Origin: Candidatus Uhrbacteria bacterium
GTDB taxonomy: Bacteria; Patescibacteriota; Patescibacteriia; UBA9934
Direction of reading: 5' to 3'
Assembly: GCA_943357745.1 (NCBI GenBank)
Contig: CALRGN010000002.1
Location: 1 to 36,764, forward strand
Length of the DNA: 36,764 bases
In this document: one piece after another, positions 25,193-34,985 of the stretch
How positions within the stretch are numbered: position 1 is the first letter of the stretch
Layout: every line of letters begins with the position of its first letter
Notes under the pieces: model-generated
What the model saw: only the letters and a program-made list of their open reading frames with translations
Databases searched by the model: none
What the model was told of the DNA's origin: nothing
Translations under genes and position numbers: made by a program

Positions 25193-26757
25193 TCAGCAAT
25201 CTTAGCAAATTTTGTGAGTTCTGACAACTCCGTCTTTACTAGTCTTGCGGGGTCATTAATTCCGATCAGAAAATCGGGGTACCAGGTTTGAATTAGGAGT
25301 TTAGCCTTCGCATCGGTAGCCGAAAACTGTAACTCCCTTGCCACTCTAACTGCTTCTAGTCTAGCCCGAGGTGAAGCGTGATTAAGATCTAATTCCCACA
25401 AAGCGTTAATAAATAACTGGCATTTTGGGAATCTGCTAGAGATTGGTGGTCGTTCCAGAAAAATTGAAGTGGTTAAAAGTATTTCCCAGTGTTCCGCTGG
25501 TTGTTCTGTTTTACTCCAAACCTCGATTTTCAATTGGGGGAAGAGTTTAAGCAACTCTTTTTTAAGGCTAGTTAATCCCATCCCAACCAGTTTTAATTCT
25601 TTATTTGGGCATACCACGCAACGCTCCGGCCACCACATTTCCGCTCCGCAAGCAGTGCACTTTAAATCATCGGCTCTAATAAGGGGCAATTCGCCGCATT
25701 GGCATAAAGGTAGCCAACCACATTTATTGCAACGCCAAAACTTACCCACCCCAACTCTATTCAAATAAATTATTGATCTTCCACCAGCAGCCAAATTGGC
25801 TGTCAGCTCCTCAACCGCCACCAATGAAAGCAGGTCGCCGGCTGGTGAATTAAGTGGTTGATGCAAATCAACAACTTCCGGTTCCGTGATTAATCTCACG
25901 GGCCAAACTGTGTTAGTTGAGAAACTAGGTAGCGGATCTTGTAGCCAAAGTTTGGCGCTGTGGGCAGAGGCTAATTTGGTAGCTAGCGTCACTGCGCTGT
26001 AGAATGGCGGCCTTCGTGATTCATTGTACTCATCATGCTCGGCTTGTAGTAAAAAAATATTAGTAAGCTTAGGAGGTAACCGGAAAATTGACGACCTAGT
26101 TCCAACTAGATGCTTAATTTTTCCAGTTCGCCAATCTGCCCAAAGTTGAGCTCGCATTTTCACTGGTAGGGAAGGGGAGTCAATTTTTACCCCCTTCACC
26201 CCCAAAAGCACCGCCGCTGTTCTGGTGAGCCACTCCTTAGTTGGTACCAGGATAAGCGAATGTCCCGGTTGCTTGAGGAGTCCGTAAATCACTCCCCAAC
26301 CGATTTTAAAATTATCACCAACTGCAACGGTCGGCGAGTTGATCGCTAAATATTGTTTAATGTCTTGAATCTCTGCTGGAGTGAAACTAAGTTGCATTGA
26401 AGCACCGTCGCTGGGAGCAAGAAAATCATTACTAGGAATTGCTCGGTCAATAATTGGGAGTCGGTCCAGACCGGCCATAGTGAGAAGTGTATTGGGGCTG
26501 GTTAAAAGCTCGGCCCCCAAATCAGCCATCAGGCCGATCTCAGCTCTAGATAGGAATCCTTTTGCTAATACCGTTGTAACTTCTTTGGCGTTATCTGGGG
26601 CGGGACCGTTTGTTCCCACTACAATCGCCCGTAAAAAACCGCCTCTAAACGGGGCTATTACCAAATCACCAACCGCTAAATTTAACTGAGAATAATAGGT
26701 GAAAACTGAATTCTGGACGGGAAAGCGTCTAATCGGCCAGAGATCAACACCCACCAT
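25189..26757 (-). CDS. priA: PriA-like primosomal protein N' homolog with degenerate helicase motifs
   Basis: It is collinear with PriA: N-terminal VGDLVIAPFRGG, VGTRSSIF, IYLNRVGV, and the Cys-rich zinc region CNKCGW..CQCG..CTACG..CVVC. It has the priA-def-fmt synteny. There is no GxGKT Walker A, and DEEH is replaced by QAEH. ATG 26757 is preferred because it avoids overlap with the upstream gene. Confidence 0.65.
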   Translation of the reverse strand: MVGVDLWPIRRFPVQNSVFTYYSQLNLAVGDLVIAPFRGGFLRAIVVGTNGPAPDNAKEVTTVLAKGFLSRAEIGLMADLGAELLTSPNTLLTMAGLDRLPIIDRAIPSNDFLAPSDGASMQLSFTPAEIQDIKQYLAINSPTVAVGDNFKIGWGVIYGLLKQPGHSLILVPTKEWLTRTAAVLLGVKGVKIDSPSLPVKMRAQLWADWRTGKIKHLVGTRSSIFRLPPKLTNIFLLQAEHDEYNESRRPPFYSAVTLATKLASAHSAKLWLQDPLPSFSTNTVWPVRLITEPEVVDLHQPLNSPAGDLLSLVAVEELTANLAAGGRSIIYLNRVGVGKFWRCNKCGWLPLCQCGELPLIRADDLKCTACGAEMWWPERCVVCPNKELKLVGMGLTSLKKELLKLFPQLKIEVWSKTEQPAEHWEILLTTSIFLERPPISSRFPKCQLFINALWELDLNHASPRARLEAVRVARELQFSATDAKAKLLIQTWYPDFLIGINDPARLVKTELSELTKFAKIAE

Positions 26758-26770
26758 AATTATTTTAAAA

Positions 26771-27505
26771 TCACTTATCGGGAGAGAAACGTGCAATTAG
26801 ATAGGCTAATTGCGACGAGCCTTCATAACTTAGCACCTCTCCTTTAATTTGCCAACCATCCATCAACCCCAGGAGAAAACCAATCGTCCGATCAATCGCC
26901 GCTGTTGTTTCATCAGTTCTATTGTTTGCCGCGGTGAGCAGACCAGTCACATTCCCACCTTTTAATTTAGTTACAATCTCCTCACTAATCGCTAAACCAA
27001 ATCCAGGCAGATTACCCACCGCCACTACCACCACCTTGCGGGCAATTTGGTCGCAAACCTCTCTTAAAATTTGACCGATATGATAGTGCTCTTTGGCGCT
27101 AGCAGTACCAATCAGCACCGGAAGAATTTTAAGGACCGGATTTTTATCAGCCAGTAATTGGTTGAGTACAATGCTAGCTTGAAGTGGCAGTTGATTGTTG
27201 GTGTTCAAGGTAACCGGCCAGTCAAACTGGCGTAACACTCTCTGCAGTTTATCAATTAATTGAAAATCAGGATGATAAGTAGCCGGTAATCCCAAATCAC
27301 CTAACTCCAATAAAGAGCCAAGATAAGGATCGGCAATTTCAAAACTGATTGCCTCATCATTGTGGAGATCGCTTTGGACAATTAAAATAATCGTCTCGGG
27401 TTGGATTAATCGCAAGTCATTTTTAACTTCATTTAAATAAGCGGCCGTGGAACTAAATTCACCAAATTCCGGCAAAGCAGGAACCAAAAAACCGGCCAAC
27501 AACAT
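26771..27505 (-). CDS. Hypothetical protein (weak resemblance to the LigB/Memo-type fold)
   Basis: 244-aa ORF tightly coupled to its neighbours. The fold assignment is only a weak impression from the N-terminal FLVPALPEF segment, and the usual His there is absent. Confidence 0.4.
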   Translation of the reverse strand: MLLAGFLVPALPEFGEFSSTAAYLNEVKNDLRLIQPETIILIVQSDLHNDEAISFEIADPYLGSLLELGDLGLPATYHPDFQLIDKLQRVLRQFDWPVTLNTNNQLPLQASIVLNQLLADKNPVLKILPVLIGTASAKEHYHIGQILREVCDQIARKVVVVAVGNLPGFGLAISEEIVTKLKGGNVTGLLTAANNRTDETTAAIDRTIGFLLGLMDGWQIKGEVLSYEGSSQLAYLIARFSPDK

Positions 27506-27506
27506 A

Positions 27507-28865
27507 TTAGTTAACTGGCAAACCCAACTTGTGTACTTTTAACCCCTCTCGGGAAACCGTAACAATATTGCCAAAGTTATAGCCTAGGCTCAAAAAGGTT
27601 GCTTCAGAGGCGATCGGTCGCGCCTGTCCCTCTGAAATCACATAAACGGCCGGATCACCAGCAGTTTTAAGCAATGTCCCCTCCGGAAGTAACAGTGGCC
27701 CAATTTCTCGATACTGCTCCACTATGGAAGCGGTAGCTTGCTCCGGATTCCTCCCTGGGAATTTTAAACTAGCGATAATCGGATCAACGATTAGTTGTCT
27801 CTCACCGGCCGAGATATAGTACATACTAGTTGTGCCCGGTAGGGTCAACAAACGGTCAGCAACGCCAGCGCTGGCTTGGATTGGTCTACCAATTGAGTAA
27901 TCCAAGAGGTCTTTGGCTTTTACCTGCACTAATTCATCTTCGGAATAACCGATTAATTTATAATCAGCCTCAGAAATTAATCGCAAGCTGTCATTTGCAA
28001 ATAAATATCGTGTCCCAACTTCCGTAATCAAGAGTGAATAATTAGGCCAGCTAATTTTGCTTCCTTCAGGATAGGTGGCGATGGTTTGCTCAGAAACTTC
28101 AATAATGAGTTGGGGGTTATAACGGGAATGAAGCACGCTCTCGGTGGCAATCTCGCGTCGCTCTCCGTTTTTTAAAACCCAAACAATCGGATCGGTGGCG
28201 GTTTTTAATAAAGTTCCGTTGGGGTAACTTTTACCAAACCAGCCTTGCCATAACTTAGCAAAATTTTCATTCCCGTGGAGATGAGGGGTATAAGAGTACA
28301 AAGCGGCGGTAGCAGCGTTGACTGGTGTAACTTTTAGGCCGTTAACAACTACAGAAATTCCGGGGCCAAACCCACCGGAGGTGGAACCAGTATTTTTAAT
28401 GTCATCCAAATATCCAGCGGTAAACTGCATCGCAGCTGAATTCACTTGCTTACCAAATCCTTGCCAGCGCGCAAGGGCGGGATCATTCATACTACAGCTA
28501 TCGCAGACTCCGTATCCAGTGGCCCAATCAAGTTGTTTTTGAGTTGGTTGACTGGCGCTAATCAAACTTTGTTCTTTTTGTAGCAAGACTAATAACACTT
28601 GCGGATTAAGCCCGTTCTGTTTGGCCGAACGCCAGATAATATCGGCCGCAGTTCTAAGCCGACCCTGATAGTCAGCTGTTCGAAAACTTCCTAAATAACC
28701 CTTTTGCAAAAAATCCCTAATTTGAGCCATGTTCATGGCGCCAACATTGGTCATCTCTGCATCAGAGATAATGAAGTTTGGATCAAACGCAAACGCCGAT
28801 TGCTGTACCCCAAGTAAACTAGCCAATAAACTTGTAACCACCGCCCAGTTTTGATACCTTTTCAT
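27507..28865 (-). CDS. Secreted protein: conserved N-terminal domain plus four C-terminal ~55-60-aa repeat modules
   Basis: Signal peptide MKRYQNWAVVTSLLASLLGVQQSAFA. The LNPQVLLVLLQKEQSL motif follows. Repeated modules are DPIVWVLKNGERREI, GTRYLFANDSLRLI, SMYYISAGERQLI and DPAVYVISEGQARPI. Confidence 0.6.
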   Translation of the reverse strand: MKRYQNWAVVTSLLASLLGVQQSAFAFDPNFIISDAEMTNVGAMNMAQIRDFLQKGYLGSFRTADYQGRLRTAADIIWRSAKQNGLNPQVLLVLLQKEQSLISASQPTQKQLDWATGYGVCDSCSMNDPALARWQGFGKQVNSAAMQFTAGYLDDIKNTGSTSGGFGPGISVVVNGLKVTPVNAATAALYSYTPHLHGNENFAKLWQGWFGKSYPNGTLLKTATDPIVWVLKNGERREIATESVLHSRYNPQLIIEVSEQTIATYPEGSKISWPNYSLLITEVGTRYLFANDSLRLISEADYKLIGYSEDELVQVKAKDLLDYSIGRPIQASAGVADRLLTLPGTTSMYYISAGERQLIVDPIIASLKFPGRNPEQATASIVEQYREIGPLLLPEGTLLKTAGDPAVYVISEGQARPIASEATFLSLGYNFGNIVTVSREGLKVHKLGLPVN

Positions 28866-28981
28866 ACCACTAGATTATGAGTCTGTAGACAGTCTCATTA
28901 TACCGCAATTTGAGATTTTCCCATCGATTTCACAAAAATCAGTCCACAGGCGGATAGCTTTAAACTATAGAGGGCATAAAT

Positions 28982-29009
28982 TTGCTTTTAAAAAAATCTC
29001 AACTATAAT
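28982..29009 (+). promoter_or_regulatory. Promoter of ppa (TTGCTT-16-TATAAT), predicting a leaderless or near-leaderless mRNA
   Basis: The -10 hexamer ends at 29009 and the ATG is at 29019. Confidence 0.45.
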
Positions 29010-29018
29010 ACTTACATT

Positions 29019-29528
29019 ATGAATTTATCTATTGGTTCCAAGGCCCCAGCGATCTGTCAGGTCATTATTGAGGTTCCTCGTGGCAGTCAGAATAAATATG
29101 AGTTTGATAAAGAGCAGGGGATAATGAGGTTGGATCGAGTATTGTTTGCCCCAATGTTCTACCCTTGTGACTACGGTTTCTTTCCTGAAACCTTGGGCGG
29201 TGATGGTGATCCGCTAGATGCTCTGGTTATGGTAACCAACCCGCTCTTTCCTGGGGTAGCGGTGGATGTTAGACCAATAGGTGTCCTCATTATGAGTGAT
29301 GATAAAGGTCAAGATGAAAAAATCCTTACTGTCGCTATCAATGACCCGCGCTTCAAGCACATTAATGATCTAACTGATGTGCCAGAACATATTCGTAACG
29401 AGATCTCATTTTTCTTTGAATCTTACAAAATCCTGGAGAAGAAAATCACAACAATAGAAGGCTGGAAAGACGCCTCCGCCGCCAAGGCAATAATTGTTGA
29501 AGGAATGAATCGCGCCAAGCAGAGTTAG
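29019..29528 (+). CDS. ppa: Family I inorganic pyrophosphatase
   Basis: [33 protein letters not shown]. Confidence 0.9.
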   Translation: MNLSIGSKAPAICQVIIEVPRGSQNKYEFDKEQGIMRLDRVLFAPMFYPCDYGFFPETLGGDGDPLDALVMVTNPLFPGVAVDVRPIGVLIMSDDKGQDEKILTVAINDPRFKHINDLTDVPEHIRNEISFFFESYKILEKKITTIEGWKDASAAKAIIVEGMNRAKQS

Positions 29529-32161
29529 GAGCTCTTAAGAACAATCTGGTTATTCTTGCAGTCAATGTTAACCTTAGAATCTTCTTTGATCTCTCCACTA
29601 ATCAGTTTACTCGACAACTCATCTAGCACCACCGTTTGTATTAGTCTCTTCAGTGGTCGGGCGCCGTACTGTTGGTCGTAACCTCTTTTGCCTAACCAGT
29701 TTATTGCGGCTGTAGTTACTGTAATGTGGATCCGTTTTTTGGCGTCTAGCCGTTTGGCTAGCGACGCCACTTGAATTGCCACAATTTTACACACTTCAGC
29801 TTCCGTTAACGGATCAAAAATAATTACTTCATCCACCCGATTCAAAAATTCTGGTTTAAAATATTCTTTCAATCGCTCCAGTAGGGCTTTGTTAGTGGCT
29901 TGATGATCATTCTCGTTATTATTCCCAAACCCAATTCCATTAGCCTTGCCCTTAGATAGAATCAAGTCGGAACCAATGTTACTAGTCATGATCACAATTG
30001 TGTTACTGAAGTTTACCGTTCTCCCTTTTGAATCAGTTAGCCTACCATCGTCCAATACCTGAAGCAGGGAATTGAAAACATCGGGATGTGCTTTCTCAAT
30101 TTCATCCAACAGTAAAACCGAATAAGGCTGTCTCCTCACTTTCTCAGTCAGTTGCCCCGCCTCTTCATAGCCCACATATCCCGGTGGCGCGCCGATCAGT
30201 TTAGAAACCGAGTGCTTTTCCATATACTCACTCATGTCTAATCTCACCAACGCTTTTTCATCATTAAACATAAACCGCGCCAACGCTTTGGCAAGTTCTG
30301 TTTTTCCCACTCCGGTTGGCCCCATGAAAATAAAAGACCCAATCGGTTTCCGCTCTTCACTAATGCCGGCTCTTGAACGCCGCAAAGCCCGGCTCACGGC
30401 AGAGATTGCCGGCGCTTGCCCAATTACTTCTTTGCCAAGCTCCGCTTCCATTCTGGATAATTTATTTAGTTCGCCCTCTAGCATTTTGGTAACAGAAATT
30501 CGGGTCCATTTAGAAACCACTTCCGCAATCTCTTGCTCGGTAATTACCTCCTTAAGCATCCCCCGCTCAGCTTGGAATTTTCGGAGCTCCTCTTCAAGAT
30601 TCTGTAGCGCTTGCCGTTTGCTAGGCAAAGTGGCGTATCTAATCTCTGCCACCGTTTGCAAGTTACCCCGCCGCTCCTCATATTCCGCTTGATTGGATAA
30701 ACTATCAATCTCGGATTTCAACTGCCGAAGACCGGCAATTCTTTCTTTCTCTCCATTCCAACGCACTTCCAACTCTCCCGCGTTTTCCGATACTTCCGCT
30801 AAATCTTTTTCAATTTCTGCTAATCGTAATTTAGAATCCTTATCATCCTCTTGTAATAGAGCCTGTTTGGCAATCTGCAAACGAATTTGTTCTCTTTTCA
30901 AACGATCCAGCTCCACCGGCATTGATTCAATTTGAAGCCGCAACGCCGCCGCCGCCTCATCAATTAAATCCACCGCCTTATCCGGTAATTGACGGTCAGA
31001 AATATATCTTGAAGATAGTTCAACCGCAGAGACAATCGCGTTATCACTAATCCTCACACCATGATGAATCTCATAGCGTTCCTTCAAACCACGCAACATT
31101 GAAATCGCGTCGTCAACACTCGGTTCCACCACAAATATCGGCTGAAACCTACGCTCTAAAGCTTGATCCTTCTCAATGTGTTTTTGATATTCTCTAGTTG
31201 TGGTGGCGCCAATCACTCTTAATTCTCCCCGTGCCAAAGCCGGTTTCAATAAATTAGACGCATCCATGGGGGATTCATCGCCCTTGCCTGCACCCACCAA
31301 AGTATGCAACTCATCAATAAACAAAATATATTTTCCATCGGCTTGTTGCACCTCTCGCACCAACGCCTTCAATCTTTCTTCAAACTCACCCCTAAATTTA
31401 GTACCAGCAATCAATGCCCCCAAATCAAGCGCCACCACTTCTCGCTTAGCCAAGCTCTCCGGCACATCACCGCTCACAATTCTCTGGGCCAATCCTTCCA
31501 CAATGGAAGTCTTGCCCACTCCAGCTTCACCAATCAAAACCGGATTATTTTTAGTGCGTCTTGATAAAACTTGCATCACCCGCCTAATCTCTTCTTCTCT
31601 TCCAATGGTCGGGTCCAGCTTTCCGTGCCTTGCTCGTTCCGTTAAATTTAAGGAATATTTCTCAATCGCTTGATATTTACTTTCTGGTTCCGGAGAATTC
31701 ACTCTTTGATTGCCTCGCAGCGCCTTTAACGCCTCCAAAACCCGATCTTCTTTTAATTGATGATCGGCACAAAGAGACGCTAAACCCGGTTCGTTTATTA
31801 ATCCCAAAAAAAGATGCTCAGTGGAAATATATTCATCGCCAAACTGACGCGCCTTGTTCAATGCTAATTGCAGTACTCCGGCCAACGCCGGCGTGAGCAT
31901 CACTTGGCCTGGTCCCACCTGCCCAACGGTGGGATGTTTAGGAAGTTCAGACAAAAGGCGGTCAATATCACCTCTAATGGCCGGCAAACTAACATTTAAA
32001 TGTTTCACTAAAGTCCGCACAAATCCATCCTCCTGAATGATCAATGCCGCCAAGAGATGGAGCGGTTCAACCCCTTGTTGACCATGATCATGAGCGATCA
32101 ATTGCGCCTGTTGAATTGCCTCTTGCGATCGGCTCGTAAAATTATTTGGAATCATCGGCAT
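29525..32161 (-). CDS. clpB: ATP-dependent chaperone/disaggregase ClpB
   Basis: 878 aa with a Clp N domain, NBD1 GEAGVGKTS, a long coiled-coil middle domain and NBD2 GPTGVGKTE. It overlaps the ppa stop by 4 nt in convergent orientation. Confidence 0.95.
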   Translation of the reverse strand: MPMIPNNFTSRSQEAIQQAQLIAHDHGQQGVEPLHLLAALIIQEDGFVRTLVKHLNVSLPAIRGDIDRLLSELPKHPTVGQVGPGQVMLTPALAGVLQLALNKARQFGDEYISTEHLFLGLINEPGLASLCADHQLKEDRVLEALKALRGNQRVNSPEPESKYQAIEKYSLNLTERARHGKLDPTIGREEEIRRVMQVLSRRTKNNPVLIGEAGVGKTSIVEGLAQRIVSGDVPESLAKREVVALDLGALIAGTKFRGEFEERLKALVREVQQADGKYILFIDELHTLVGAGKGDESPMDASNLLKPALARGELRVIGATTTREYQKHIEKDQALERRFQPIFVVEPSVDDAISMLRGLKERYEIHHGVRISDNAIVSAVELSSRYISDRQLPDKAVDLIDEAAAALRLQIESMPVELDRLKREQIRLQIAKQALLQEDDKDSKLRLAEIEKDLAEVSENAGELEVRWNGEKERIAGLRQLKSEIDSLSNQAEYEERRGNLQTVAEIRYATLPSKRQALQNLEEELRKFQAERGMLKEVITEQEIAEVVSKWTRISVTKMLEGELNKLSRMEAELGKEVIGQAPAISAVSRALRRSRAGISEERKPIGSFIFMGPTGVGKTELAKALARFMFNDEKALVRLDMSEYMEKHSVSKLIGAPPGYVGYEEAGQLTEKVRRQPYSVLLLDEIEKAHPDVFNSLLQVLDDGRLTDSKGRTVNFSNTIVIMTSNIGSDLILSKGKANGIGFGNNNENDHQATNKALLERLKEYFKPEFLNRVDEVIIFDPLTEAEVCKIVAIQVASLAKRLDAKKRIHITVTTAAINWLGKRGYDQQYGARPLKRLIQTVVLDELSSKLISGEIKEDSKVNIDCKNNQIVLKSS

Positions 32162-32252
32162 AGCTAGCAGTCAGTATATTAGAGTGCTAATTAGAAGTCA
32201 ATTCTCTAATTTTCTTTACTAATGGGGAGAATTTAGGTAATCTACACTCAGT

Positions 32253-32666
32253 ATGAAGAGTCTAGCCAATGTTTGGCAGGGGATTTATCTCTTGCTTATT
32301 ATAAACCTATTTTTATCTGGAGCACACGCCTATTATTATTGGCCCAATTTGGACTTATTTATGCACACCGCTGGCGGATTTTTATTGGCCGCCTGGGGCT
32401 GGCAGGCATGCGGTCTCCGAAATTATCCTTGGCAAATCGCCAGTCTGACCATGATCGGGATCTCTCTTTCAGTTGGTTGGGCCTATGAAGTCCTGGAATT
32501 TATGGGTGATGCCTTCTATGGTGCGGGCAGTAAGTCACTGGTACCACTTCAGGTTGGCTTGGGCGATACTTTGCTTGATTTTGCTTGTGATTTGTTAGGA
32601 GCGGTGGTTGCCTTTATTTTCTATTCCACCCGTATTGCCAGCCCGTATGAATCACCCCTTAAGTAA
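32253..32666 (+). CDS. Small integral membrane protein, unknown function
   Basis: 137-aa ORF with about 4 TM segments. Confidence 0.5.
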   Translation: MKSLANVWQGIYLLLIINLFLSGAHAYYYWPNLDLFMHTAGGFLLAAWGWQACGLRNYPWQIASLTMIGISLSVGWAYEVLEFMGDAFYGAGSKSLVPLQVGLGDTLLDFACDLLGAVVAFIFYSTRIASPYESPLK

Positions 32667-34983
32667 GTTTTCAATCTTTGATCTAGAGCTCGATAACCTC
32701 ACTCCAGCGGAATTACTAAATGATTTTTCGGAGACACTCGGTCAAACAATTGAAACCATGGTTGTGATCACTCCCAATCCCGAGATGATTGTACTCGCAG
32801 AGAAAAATAAAAAGTTTAAAAAAATTATACAATCGGCTAATCGGCTACTACTTGATGGCACTGGATTACGATTCGCTCTATGGTGGCGGTATGGACCGGT
32901 TACACCAGATTGCCTCACCGGTGTGAATGCTTTGAAACTCTTAGCAACCGCTTGTGCCCACAAAAAAGTTGAATTATGTATAATTGGCGGCCCCAGTGAT
33001 TATATCTTGGACGACTGTGCCAAACAGCTGGTGGCCCTCAATCCCTCGCTAAAAATTTCTTGGCAGAATCCCGGGTTGATTGACGCTATTGCCCCGCAAT
33101 TACCAGAAGCCACCCTTAGGTATCTGAAGCAAGAAAAACCCAGAGCAATCGCGGTTGGCCTGGGAATGTTCAAGCAGGAAAATATAATAATTGAGCTGAA
33201 AAAATTATTTCCCACGGAGCGAATTCTAATTGGAGTGGGGGGTGCGTTTGATATTATTTCCGGTCACCTGCCAGCCGCACCAAACTGGCGTGGCCGAGAT
33301 CAAATAATAAAAGCGGTGGGGGATTGGTGGTGGCGTTGGTATTTAGAACCACACCGAACCAACCGAATGTTTACAGCTTTGGTGAAGTTTCCTATACTCT
33401 TTCTATCTCAATACGGACGCACCATTAATTGGCGGTCTAGATTTCAAGATTGTGAACAAACTTTAAGGGCAAAACTACTAAAAAAATCGGCTATGTCGCA
33501 ACCCAAGCAACCAATCAACAAAGTCCGAGTAAGAATCGCTCCATCACCTACCGGATTTATTCACATTGGTACCCTTAGAACCGCTTTGGTCAATTATCTT
33601 TTTGCAAAAAAACAAGGGGGAGATTTTATTATTCGGATTGAAGATACTGATGCCAAAAGATTTGTGCCCAACGCCATTGAGAGCATGCTCAAAACTCTGA
33701 TGGCCTTGGGGCTAGTAGCCGATGAAGGACCAACTTTGGTGAATGATCAACTTAGTGAAAGCGGTCCCTTAGGGCCCTATCAACAATCCAAGCGCTTGCC
33801 ACTCTACCTTGATGCCGCTCAAAACTTGCTCAAGAACGGCCAGGCCTACTACTGTTTCTGTTCAGAGGCAGTTTTGGAAGAATTGCATACCTCCCAAGTG
33901 TCCGCCAAACAAACTCCCAAGTATGATCGCCGTTGTTTCGCTCTCACCGGCGTGCAAGTACAGGATAAACTAGCTCGCTTGGAACCCCATGTGATTAGAC
34001 TGCTAATTCCAGAAGGTGAATCAAGTTGGAACGATTTGGTAAGAGATCAAATCGTTATCAACCATAAAGATTTAGACGACCAAATTCTCATCAAATCAGA
34101 CGGTTTTCCCACCTATCATTTAGCGGTGGTAGTGGATGATCACCTGATGCAGATCTCCCATGTGCTAAGAGGGGAAGAATGGATCTCTTCTACCCCCAAA
34201 CATCTGATTTTATACAAGGCTTTTGGTTGGGGCTCACCAGAATTTGGACACCTTTCCCTACTTGTAAACCCTGATCGGAGCAAACTTTCTAAGCGCCAGG
34301 GGGATGTGGCAGTGGAAGAGTTTTTGAACAAAGGCTATCTCAAAGAAGCGCTAATTAATTTCATCGGCACTTTTGGTTTCAACCCCCAAGGAGACCGGGA
34401 GTTGTATTCAATTGAGGAATTACAATCGGCCTTTGATATTAGTAAATTTAAATCTAGTCCGGTGGCGTTGAATCTTCCCAAATTAGATTGGATGAACAGT
34501 CATTATCTCAAAACCTTAGGGGAGGGTGAATTATTAAACCGGTTCTCACCATTCTCCAAATTTCCGCTCACCAACCCTACGGTAGTTAGGGCGGTGTTGA
34601 TGGCGCGGGCGCGGGCGGTGGTTCTCCCTGATTTGAACGCCGGCCCAGAAGCGTTGCTTGAACGGCGGGATTATGAACCTACATTGCTAATGAACAAAAA
34701 CCCAAGCCCAGCGGAAACTAGAGCGGTTTTAATTTGGTTGAAACTGATCATTAGTGGTTGGTCGGATGAGACCTTCACCGCGCTTTCAATCCTAGAGAAT
34801 CTATTGAAAGAGGAAATTCTAGCAACTGAAAGAAAAAATGGTCTAGTACTTTGGCCCCTCCGAGTAGCTTTAAGTGGTCAAGCCCAGTCCGCCAGTCCGT
34901 TTGAATGTCTTTGGGTCTTAGGAAAGACTGAATCATTAGCTCGTCTTGAGCTCGCCATCGCCAATTTAGATGCTATAATTTAG
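32647..34983 (+). CDS. gltX: In-frame fusion: WecG/TagA-family glycosyltransferase domain (~280 aa) plus full-length glutamyl-tRNA synthetase (~496 aa)
   Basis: N-terminal part: ITPNPEMIV, LLLDGTGL, GLGMFKQE, GVGGAFDIISG..AAPNW, WRWYLEPHR, the WecG/TagA pattern. From ATG 33493: RIAPSPTGFIHIGTLRTAL (HIGH-type motif), IRIEDTD, KLSKRQGD (KMSKS-type motif). No stop codon lies between the two parts in this frame, and the other two frames are closed. Confidence 0.7.
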   Translation: MNHPLSKFSIFDLELDNLTPAELLNDFSETLGQTIETMVVITPNPEMIVLAEKNKKFKKIIQSANRLLLDGTGLRFALWWRYGPVTPDCLTGVNALKLLATACAHKKVELCIIGGPSDYILDDCAKQLVALNPSLKISWQNPGLIDAIAPQLPEATLRYLKQEKPRAIAVGLGMFKQENIIIELKKLFPTERILIGVGGAFDIISGHLPAAPNWRGRDQIIKAVGDWWWRWYLEPHRTNRMFTALVKFPILFLSQYGRTINWRSRFQDCEQTLRAKLLKKSAMSQPKQPINKVRVRIAPSPTGFIHIGTLRTALVNYLFAKKQGGDFIIRIEDTDAKRFVPNAIESMLKTLMALGLVADEGPTLVNDQLSESGPLGPYQQSKRLPLYLDAAQNLLKNGQAYYCFCSEAVLEELHTSQVSAKQTPKYDRRCFALTGVQVQDKLARLEPHVIRLLIPEGESSWNDLVRDQIVINHKDLDDQILIKSDGFPTYHLAVVVDDHLMQISHVLRGEEWISSTPKHLILYKAFGWGSPEFGHLSLLVNPDRSKLSKRQGDVAVEEFLNKGYLKEALINFIGTFGFNPQGDRELYSIEELQSAFDISKFKSSPVALNLPKLDWMNSHYLKTLGEGELLNRFSPFSKFPLTNPTVVRAVLMARARAVVLPDLNAGPEALLERRDYEPTLLMNKNPSPAETRAVLIWLKLIISGWSDETFTALSILENLLKEEILATERKNGLVLWPLRVALSGQAQSASPFECLWVLGKTESLARLELAIANLDAII

Positions 34984-34985
34984 CC

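Noticed and set aside
30234-31896. Several 80-157-aa plus-strand ORFs inside clpB (30234-30692, 30693-30935, 31200-31673, 31304-31564, 31630-31896)
   Set aside because: They are antisense to a full-length, motif-complete ClpB. Their translations are low-complexity and S/P/R/L-rich, which is typical of spurious antisense frames.
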